From Dictyostelium discoideum (Eukaryota): a stretch of DNA of 64,000 nt. This document shows positions 13,857 through 24,522 of the stretch, piece after piece (the stretch's first letter is position 1; the number at the start of each line of letters is the position of its first letter). The stretch is taken from NCBI GenBank assembly GCA_000004695.1, contig CM000152.2:2080001-2144000 (forward strand), read 5' to 3'. The notes under the pieces were generated by a model. It ran no database searches and was not told the origin of the DNA. It worked only from the letters and a program-made list of their open reading frames with translations. Both the position numbers and the translations under genes were made by a program.

Positions 13857-13881
13857 CCCACACACACACACACACACACAC
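13857..13881. repeat. (CA)n dinucleotide repeat, with an adjacent (TAAAAA)n run at about 13692..13746
   Basis: cacacacacacacacacacacacc is seen directly, with taaaaataaaaataaaaa… just upstream, in the 2.4-kb AT-rich intergenic region ahead of the Roco gene. Confidence 0.9.
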
Positions 13882-14569
13882 CAAACCAGTTATTTTTTTT
13901 TCTTTATTTATTTTTTTTTTTATTTTTTTTTTTTTTTATTTTTTTTTTTTAAAAAATTTCTTTTTTTATTATTTTTTATTATTTTTTTTTTATTTTTTTA
14001 TTTTTTTTTTTTACACACTCTTTTTATATATCTAACACAAATAACAAAAAAAAAAAAAAAAAAGAGTACACCAAAATATTTTTTTCATTTTGTGTAGTAG
14101 AAAATAAAAACAATTACTTATTTACCTTTTTTTTTTTTTATTTTATTTATTTTAATAAAAAATATCTTGAAAAAAGATATTTTTTTTTTTTTTTTCAAAA
14201 AATTTTCTTTTTTCATTTCAGTAGATTTTAATACCTTTACAAAATTAGGTTAGTTTTTTTTTTTTTTTTTTTTATAAATTTTTTTTCCCCAATTTTTATT
14301 TGATCAACTGACTTTTTATTTTTTTATTTTTTTTTTTTATTTTTTATTTTAAAAAAAAAAATCGCAACTGATGATTGACTTTTTTTTTTTTATTTTTTTT
14401 TATTTCTATTTTAAACTTTTACAAAACCATATATATATAACAGCAATAATACAGTTAAATAACAAATAAAAAAAAATCAAAAAAAAAATCAAAATAAAAA
14501 AAAAAAAAAACCAAAAAAAAAAAAAAAAAAAAAAATAATTAACAACTGAAAAAAAAATCAAAAAAAAAA

Positions 14570-17500
14570 ATGAATTCAATTCATAAACAACATTATACAA
14601 TAAATAGTAATCATTATAATGAAAGTATAAATATAAATTCATTATTATTAAATGATTTAAATGATGAAAAAAGGACAACATCAACCAATAATAAAAGTAA
14701 TAATAATAGCAATAATAATAATAATGAAACATTAGAAGATATAATTGAATTTAATAATAATAATTGTAATGGTGATATGAAATATTTAGATTTATCAAAG
14801 AGAATGATTTATTCATTAGAATTAATGATGATACCAGAGATAGAGAATAGATTTCAAGGTGATTTTAAATCAATATCGATATTGAATTTAAATGATAATT
14901 TATTAGGAGAGATACCAGAATCATTGAAACAATTGACACAATTAATATCATTATCGATCCGAGGCAATCATATATTGGAGATACCGTTATGGTTTCCAGA
15001 GGAATTTAAATTACTTAGAAAATTGGATGTATCACATAATGCAATCTCGTCGGTGCCAAATACATTTAATAAATTCTCAATATTGGAGGATTTAAATCTA
15101 TCAAATAATTATATCTCCTATATTCATCCATCGCTATTTCCAGAGGGTATAATGAGATTGAATCTATCGAATAATCTTTTTAGAGAGGTTGAGCTACCAC
15201 CATGGTTCGAGTCATTGTTGACATTGGATATTAGTGGTAATAAATTGAAACATTTGGGTAATTTACCATTTCATTTGGTTAGAGTATCAATAGATGATAA
15301 TCATTTGGAATCGATTGATCATAAGGTGATCCTACGTAATAAGGATTTAGCATTGAAATTTAATCAATCATTTAGTGATATCGTTTTGGAAAGAATTTAT
15401 CAATGTTGGTATACTGGTGATCCAGTATTGGATTTATCAGGATTAGGTATGTGTGTTGTACCACCGATCCTAGGTATGTTGGTACATTTAACTCATTTGG
15501 ATCTATCGGGTAATTGTATTTCAGTGTTACCACCGGAATTGGCAAATTTAACAGAATTGGTTAGATTAGATTTAAGTTTTAATATTTTAACAACATTACC
15601 ACTATACATTGTATCCTATAAGAGATTGGAACATTTGGATCTACAAGGTACCCTTGATACATTGGTATCACCACCACGTCGTATAGCGGAAACTGGTAAA
15701 TTAATTGATATTCAACGTTATTTTCATGATTTATTTCAGGGTGAACCATCTTATCGTGTTAAACTTATGATTGTCGGTCAAGAGAATGTTGGTAAAACAA
15801 GTTTAGTTAAATGTTTAAAAATGAAAAAGAAATTCTCTAAAAATTCTGATCATTTAGGTACAAATGTTTCAACCGATGGTATTGATATCGATGAAATTAA
15901 ATTTAATTTAGATATTGAATTACCTTCAAATCCAAGTTCAAATTCTTTAATTTCAAATTCATTATCAAATAGTTCAATCTCTTCTAATAATATTAATTCA
16001 AATAATAATATAAATGTTCATTCAAATGGAGGAGGTATTAATTCAAATGGTGTAAATTCAAATAGTCAAATAAATATAAATAGTAGTAGTGGTAATATTC
16101 ATTCAAATGGTGGTGGTGTTGGTAATGTTAACTCATCAGGTGGTATACATAGTAATAATTCATCAGGTGGTGGTGGTGGTTCAAATAGTTTTTTAAATAA
16201 TACAAATTCAAATGGTACAAATAATAATAGTAGTAATTTAAATATAAATACAAATAGTAATAATGTAAATTCAAGCGGCGGCGGCAATAATTATCATCCA
16301 CCAGTTGGTACAAATACTTCAATGAGTAATATTCAAGTTATTGGAAGTTCAGGTAGTAATTTAGGTTCAGGTAGTAATTTAAGTATAGGTGGTAGTAATG
16401 GTAATAATAATAATAATAGTGGTGGTAGTGGTACAATGGTAAATCAAAGAGTTACAATGTCAATTTGGGATTGTGCAGGTCAAGAACTTTATTATACAAG
16501 TCATCAAATGTTTTTAACAGATTCAGCATTGTATGTTGTAGTTTGGAATCTTTGTAAACCAGAAGTTAATAGTCGTGTTGAATTTTGGTTACATTCAATT
16601 CGTTCAAAAGCAGAGAATGCACCAATACTTTTAATTGGTACTCATTTAGATGATTATTTAGCAACTCATTCCGAATCAGAGTTGGATGAAATTTTAGAGA
16701 ATATCTATAGTAAATATTTTAGAAAGTTTAGATTAAAGGGTATTTCAATTCTAAGTTGTTCAACTGGTGTTGGATTCGATAATTTCTTGGACCTTTTGAA
16801 AAAGACCGTGGTGGAATTACCATCATTAAAACAATCTCTGCCAGAACTTTATTTAAAACTTGAGAAATTAATCATTAAAAAACGTTCAACATTGGTACCA
16901 CCAGTTTTAACTTGGCAAAGTTTCTCACAAATGGTACTTTCAAATTTGGATTTTCATGATGAAATTCATGTTAAAGTTGCTACTAAAGCATTGGTACCAT
17001 TGGGTTCAATTTCTTTCTTTGATGAACCAGGTCTCGATCAATATGTATTTTTAGATCCACAATGGTTAACAGGTGTTTTCTCTTCAATCATTACAACAAA
17101 ACATAAATTCATTAAAGATGGTGTTTTAAAAAAAAGTGACCTTTATCAAATTTGGAAACCACCTCATTTCATTGAAGATGAAGGTTTACATTCACTTTTA
17201 ATTAATTTATTAGAAAGATTTGAATTAATGTTTCCATTAGATAGTGATTTAGTTTCATTATCTTCAAGTAATGGTAATAATGGTAATAGTTATGTAAATA
17301 ATAATAATAATAATAATAATAATTCAAATAATAATAATAATGGTAGTAATAAATCTTCACCATTTAAAACAACACCATCGTCACCATCAACTTTAAGATT
17401 AGTTGATTCAAAATCAAAAGGTAGTCATAGTTCAAATCCAATTTTAAGTGGTAATAATAGTTCATCAAAAAATTCAACATCAACTAAAAGATCAATTAGT

Positions 17501-20500
17501 GGTTCACCATTACGTTCAAGATCAAATTCTGATCTTGATTTAATTGGTGGTGGTGGTGGTTCACCAATTAATGGTAGTAGTATTGATTATAGTTCAAAAT
17601 CAAATACATTAACACCAGGATTATTTAATGAATTAAATCAAAAATTTATAATTCCATCACAATTACCAGAGATAAGACCATCATTTGGTTTACTTTGGCC
17701 ATCACTTGATCATTCGCGTGTTGAATTTAATCGTTGGATTCAATTATCATTTGCACCAGCTGGTTTATTTAGTAGATTATTAATTCGTTTATTAATTAGT
17801 AAAGAATTTGATATGAAACCAATTCTTTATTGGAGAAATGGTGTAGTTGTTGAATCACAATCTGGTAAATCATTCCTTTCAACCTCTACTGCTTTAATTG
17901 AAATGGTACCAAGTTATGCAAATTGTAGTTCAACTATTAAAATTAGTGTTAGAGGTGATCGTCGTACTGGTAGAGGTTTATCAGCAAAACTTTTAAGATT
18001 AATCGTTGAAATTGCTGATACACTTTGTACAAGTTGGTATCATTTAGAAACAAATCAAGTTATACCATGTCCACATTGTATTAATAAACCAAATTGTACA
18101 TTATTTTCATTGAGTGATTGTGAAGCAGTTGCAAGTAGTGGTGTTTGGTATTTACTTTGTGGTGATAGAAAAATTAATTTCGAAACTTTTGTACCAGATG
18201 TTGCAATGTCTGATTTTTGGGGTAGTGGTAGTAAGAAATTCAATTATGATCAAATTAAAATGCATAAAGAAAAAAGAATTCTATCAATTAAACCTGCATC
18301 ATTTGGTAATAATCAAATTCAATTTGAAGTTAGAGTTCCACCATCACCACCACCACCACCAGTACAACAAATTATTAATAATGGTGCTGATGATAATATA
18401 ACAACAACTACATTGGCAGTTAATAATATTAAAGTTTTAGAAAGTGGTGGATCACAACCACCATCACCAAGAAGTGGTAAAGATGTTACACATGAATTAC
18501 CAATTATTAATCGTTTAGAAATTATTCAACCAACAAGTGATGAATCATCATTAATTCAAGTTGAATTTGATCATAATAATCAAACTTTAGTTATAAGTGG
18601 TACTTATAAATATGGTGATTTATTAGAGATTGAATTTGAATCACCAAAATTAATTGGTAGAGGTGCATCTGGTAAAATTTATCGTGCAAATTTAAATGAT
18701 ACAATGGTTGCAGTTAAACAATTAGAAGTGGTTGGAGAGGATGCACCAAGAATTTTCTCAGAGTTTAGAAGAGAAATTCATGTTATGTCTGATCTTAAAC
18801 ATTCAAACGTTGTAAATTTATTAGGTTTTACATTATCACCATTTACAATGGTAATGGAATATATCGATTGTGGTGATCTTCATAAATTTTTACATTCACC
18901 TATTGGTGATCAACTTAATGGTAATTGGGCTTTAATTTTGAAATTGGCTTTAGATATTGCAAAAGGTATGGAATTTCTTCATTCAGTTACACCACCATTA
19001 CTTCATCGTGATTTAAAGAGTCCAAATGTTTTACTCTCAATGAAAGATGGTGTTTACACTGCAAAAGTTGGTGATTTTGGTTTATCATCAAGAATGTTTA
19101 TTCAAGCTTTGAAACATAAATTACGTAATTTCCCAGTTGGTAATATTACTTGGGTTGCACCAGAAATTTTAAGAGAAGAAGAATATACTGTTAAATCCGA
19201 TGTTTATGCATTTGGTTTAATTTTACATGAACTTTTAACAAGAAAACATCCATATAGAGAATTTAATTATTCAATGGTATCTCTTCAAGAGGATGCAATA
19301 AAGAATGGACTTCGTCCAACTATTTCACCATCTTATACTCAAACTGTTACAGGTCATGAATATTGTGGTTTAATTCAAGATTGTTGGGATAGTGATATTG
19401 ATAGAAGACCAACTTTTAATAAAATTGTTAAAAGAATTAAACAAATTATTGGTCGTGATGTTAATAATATTTTAATGGTAAATGGTGTTTCAGTTGTTAG
19501 TGGTATTCAATCACCAAATTCATTAGCTGATAGTCAACCATTCCATTATCATCAACAACAACAACCAAGTTTAAATTCTACAAATCAATTACAACAACAA
19601 CAATATTCATCAGTTTTAACATCACCAAGATCAAATTTATCAGATTCATCAAATTCATCACAAAATATTGCAAATAAAAGTTTAAATAATATTAGTGCAA
19701 CAAGTTTAGGTGATTTAGGTGGTAATGATGAAAATTTAGGTGGTCAATTACAATATAGTATGCGTGTACCACAACCAGAAGCAAAAGTTAATCAATTAGT
19801 ATGGGAAGTCAATTCACGTCGTGTTTGGGGTGGTTGTGAATCTGGTGAAATTATAGTTTGGAATGCAGAGAATGGTAATCAAATTTTCCGTGAACAAAAA
19901 TTACATCCAGGTCCAATTAGATCATTGGCATTGGTAAATCAAGAAGATATTTGGTCAGCAGGTGGTATTGGTCCACAACAAAGTACAATTAGAATTTGGA
20001 ATGCTTGGCGTTTTAATCTTGATGATCAATCTGGTACAAAATCTGATTTTATCACTAAAAAAGGTAGAGGTGGTTCAACATTTGGTAGAAAATCTTGGAG
20101 ATTACGTTGGTTTGTCCTATCAAGATTTGATAAAACCTTGAAATACTATAGTAAACAAACTGATAAAGAACCAAGTTGTTCACTCATTTTAGAGGGTGCT
20201 TGGTTAGAAGAAATTAGTCCACCAGGTTATAAAGTTAGTCTTCATTTAATTCATCCAGAAAAAAGAACAATGGAAATGGAATTTAAGAGTGAATCTGAAA
20301 AATCATCTTGGCTAACTGCAATCAATCGTGTTATCAATCAAAATATACCACTCTATGAAATTGCACTTGGTAAACAAATGACAAGTGGTAGTGAAAATGA
20401 TTATATCACAAATTTACTATCGGTTGGTCCAAATGTTTGGGTATCACTTAAAGAAACACCATCAATTTTGGTTTATAATGTAAAGAGTAAAGAATTGGTT

Positions 20501-21013
20501 ACAAAAATCTCTTTAAATGATGATCAATCCAGTGATCAATGGGGTAAAACTGGTGCTGTAAATATGATGTTGGTTAATAATTTCGTTTGGATAACTGGTG
20601 GTTCAAAATTGACTCAAATTGATTCACAATCTTATCAACTCTTGGAAGTACATGGAAATCATTATTCAAAACCAATCACCTCAATGGCATTGGTTGAAAA
20701 AAATGTTTGGATCTCTTGTGAAGATGAATCACTTTCAGTTTGGGATGGTGATACTGGTTCCTTTATTAGAAAAGTTGGTTCTCCAATTGGTTCACCAACT
20801 AAGCCAACCGTTTACACTAAACTTTTATATTTCAGTGGTTATGTTTGGGCTTGTACTCAAGGTTCAATTCATATTTATTGTATTCATTCATTAACTTGTA
20901 AAAAGAAAGTTGAATCAAAAAATCATCCAAATAGTATTGTAGATTTAATTAAAGTTTTCCAACAAACTGTTTGGTCATGTTGTGGTACAAATAATGTTTG
21001 TATTTGGTCTTAA
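14570..21013 (+). CDS. Roco-family protein kinase, 2147 aa: N-terminal LRRs, Roc GTPase, COR, Ser/Thr (TKL-like) kinase, and a C-terminal WD40-like propeller with an embedded PH domain
   Basis: It is one uninterrupted ORF. The LRRs read [29 protein letters not shown]. The Roc P-loop is [19 protein letters not shown], followed by WDCAGQE. The kinase shows [11 protein letters not shown]…VAVK, [11 protein letters not shown] and VGDFGLS. The PH-like segment is [24 protein letters not shown]…WLTAINRV, with WD-like repeats on both sides. It is not identical to the Roco4 kinase domain as I recall it, so the paralog is unassigned. Confidence 0.85.
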   Translation: [2147 protein letters not shown]

Positions 21014-23500
21014 ACAATAAATTTGAATTTATTTAAAAAAATAATCCTTATGATTTAAATTTTTTTTTTTTTTAAACTCTTTTGTTTTTGGTGAATTCAA
21101 TATGTTGTTAATGTTGCAATTAAATAAAATCAACCATCTCTTGAAATTGTAAAACCTTGAATAGTTGATAATTCTTTATCGGTTTTCTTTTAGAATCTTT
21201 GATGTAAGAAATTGGTATCCTTCTTGATAATTTTGTTATTATTGTTATTCTAATTATTGAAATTGTGATTATTATTGGTGTTAATTAATATTACAAAGTG
21301 AAATGATGATAAAGATATTTGTGTGTGTAAGATGGTGGTGAAATTTCATTGTGAAGTTGATGTTAATTAATTCTTTTAAACTTAAAACATGGTGATGCTA
21401 CTTTGTACCGGAATAGAGGATGGTTTTGAAATAATAAAACAATACCTATATTACCAAATTAAGTGAGGTTAGCTAATTTAGTGAGGTTAGAACCACCAAA
21501 TAAACCAGTTCCAGGGATTAAAATTGAAACTAAAAAACAACCAATTGTTTGTTGAGATGGTTGAGCCGAACCATTAAAATCCATCTTCAGTAGTTGTAGA
21601 TTCAAGTTGGTTAAATGATGGGAATAATTTATTTTTTTTATTTATTTTTTCAAAAAATTTATTTTTAAAATAAATTATTATTATTATTATTATTTGAATA
21701 ATTATTGCTGATTAAGTTGTCATTGTTTAAAATTTTCAAGGAAAGAGCTGTTTGATGATAATATATTGTTGGTTGGTTTGAGTCTGTATTGGTTTCATTA
21801 CAATAGTTGATGGTAGTGAAAATTATTTAATATTGTGACATTGCTGCAATGATGTGATATAAAATAGAAGGTGTTGATGAATTTAATATTCATTATTGCA
21901 ACAGCATTATTTGATTTTTTTAAACCAAGGAAAGATTTGGGCCCAAAAGATTGAAATAAAAGATTCCTTCCCCAATGGTACCTCTTCGAAAAAAAACAAT
22001 TGTTAATGTACCTCTTTTAAATTAATATAGTTGATAATTTAAACAATAATGAAAAAAAAAATATTTTATTAAATCTTTTAATTTTTATTTTTTAGTTTTT
22101 GATTTCTAATTTTTATTTATAAATGATGTCAACTTCTTTTCAAAATGCCATAGTGCATAGATAAATATTTCCTTTCACTAAGTTTAGAAATAATTTTTAT
22201 GTGATGATCAACCTTTCTTAATGATATAGTGCATAGATAAATCTTTCCTTTCTATATCATTTGATTGGTATTAATTCATATATTATATTATCTAGATTAT
22301 AATTGACTTTAAACCATTTTTATTTTACTTTATAAAAAAAATAATATTAAAATTAGATTTAAATTGCTTGTTATTTTTTTATTTGTTTTTTTTTTTTTTT
22401 TTTTTAATCTCTTTACCTTTTTATTTTTATATTTTAAATTATCAATCAACTTTTATCTAAATTTATAATTGTTACAGTTAGATTTTTTTTTCTATTTGTG
22501 TTTTTTTTTTTTACATTTGTACAATAGATTATTTTTTTTTTTTTTTTAAAAAAAAGTGTCTTTTAATACTGGACCTTTTTCAATTTTTTAAATTATTTGA
22601 AATCAAAAAAAGTTATTTTTACTATTTAAGTAAAATCTAATAGCCAAAAAGTAAATTTCCAAATCTGGGAATATTCAAAAGGTGTATTATTTAAATATAT
22701 TCTTCGTTTATCTTAACAAAAGCCCTAAAACTTAATTTTTATTTTTTAAATTTTAAAAAAATAAAAAAAAACATATATTTTAAGATTTTCTTTTTTTTTT
22801 TAATAATTTGTTTGAGAAATAAAATAATAAAAAATCACAAAGAATTTTTAATTTATTTTATCATATTTTTTATTATAAAAAAATATTTTTACTATTATCA
22901 TTATTGAAAGATATCCAGTTTTATATATTTTATTATTTAAAATTAAATTGATAAAATAGGTATAAAATCTAATGTTTTCTTACAATTAAAGAAGAAATGA
23001 CTCAATGTCCAATCTTCATGATTTGGATAGTTTACTGGTAGACATCTTAAATGATATCTAAACATCGTGTATTTTGTTTTGGGATCTTTTAAGTGTTGGG
23101 TTTTGATTGTGTAGTTTTTTATGAACTGAGCAGATTCTTCATCCAAGTGAACTTGTGACTTTTTTACTATTTCGGCGTAAGAGCTCATTTCGATGTGTTA
23201 TTTATTATTTTGAGCTTTGAGATGATAGATCGAAAGATCTTGATGATCTGATGATGAATACAGAAAGATTGAAAGAAGATGACCGAGATTGGAGGTGGAA
23301 AGGTATAGATTAATTTTAGTCAATAACCTCTAATCTTTTTAGGTTTTTTTCAAAGGTCTTAATTTGGTGTTTTGGGTGGTGTGATTTAGGATCTGTAAAT
23401 CGTAAGTGGTGCTGTTATCTTTATAGTTGAACATGATTTCTTCAATGTTGATTTTCCGAAGTTCGTATTTTTCCCAAAATACCAAAACCCCAAAATTTTG

Positions 23501-23571
23501 TGCGTATGCTGGGAATCGAACCCAGTTCGCATCCGTGGCAGGGATGCATCATACCACTAGACCACATACGC
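23501..23571 (-). tRNA. tRNA-Gly (anticodon GCC)
   Basis: The minus-strand sequence is GCGTATGTGGTCTAGTGGTATGATGCATCCCTGCCACGGATGCGAACTGGGTTCGATTCCCAGCATACGCA. It has a 7-bp acceptor stem (GCGTATG/CATACGC), an anticodon stem CATCC/GGATG with loop CTGCCAC (U33, anticodon GCC, A37), a T-arm CTGGG-TTCGATT-CCCAG and discriminator A. A T-run follows the 3' end (plus 23490..23500). It closely resembles eukaryotic tRNA-Gly-GCC. Confidence 0.9.
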
Positions 23572-24045
23572 TTTTTTTTATGATATTTAAAAAAAATATC
23601 TTAAAAAATTTTGATTTAAGAAGAAGCAACTAAAAATTGCGTTATTCCATCCAAAAAAAAAATTTTGATTTTTCTCTATGTGCACAAGCGTTATTCCATT
23701 CAAAAAAAAAAAATTTTGATTTTTCTAAATTAACCCAAAAATGATTTTTATTTTTTTTAAAAATTTGATTTTTTAAATTTTAAAAAATAGAAATAAGACA
23801 ATGTCGAAAATGATTTGGAAACTTGGGTAACAGAATAACATTCTCAAAATACCAAATGATTTTATTTTAATAAAGTTATTATCTTAATTTTTTTTTTTTT
23901 TTTTTTTTTTTTTAACCCACCAAAAAATAAAAATAAAAATAAAGAATAAAAAATAATAATAAACAAAAAAATTATTACAAGCAAACTGTTTCAAAAAACA
24001 AAAATAAAAAGAAAAGTCAATAGAAATAGTGTATGATTTTTTGTT

Positions 24046-24076
<31 letters not shown>

Positions 24077-24522
24077 TTATAATTTTTTTTTTTTAATTTT
24101 AATTATTTTTATTTTTTTTCTTATTTTATTTTTTATTTTTTTTTTTATTATTATTTTTAATTTTTTTTTATTATTTTTATTATTTTTTATACATTAATTT
24201 TTTTTTAAAAAAAAATTATTTAATTTAAATTAACAAAGATTTTGGCGCACAGATTTCAACAAAGATTTTTTTATTAATCAATTCCACATGATTCAATAAA
24301 GGGGGTAAGAAAATCTAATATATTTGAAAATACCGAATGGAAAAAAAGATATTTTTAATAAAAACTTTTTTTTTTTAAAACTAATTTTTTTATTTTTCTT
24401 TTTATTTTTCTTTTTTTTTTTTTTTTTTAAATTTTTTAAATTTTTTTTCCATTGCCCAAACTATTAAATAATTTTTTTTTTTTTTTGGTTTTTCAATTGT
24501 CACCTGACTTACATAAAAGAAA

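Noticed and set aside
22943-23188. 81-aa minus-strand ORF as a bona fide cellular gene
   Set aside because: Its codon usage is atypical for Dictyostelium, no domain is recognisable, and it lies in the retroelement-like tRNA flank. It is reported only as part of that finding.
23427-23633. 68-aa plus-strand ORF overlapping the tRNA-Gly gene
   Set aside because: It is the reverse complement of a structurally perfect tRNA (anticodon GCC); the ORF is coincidental.
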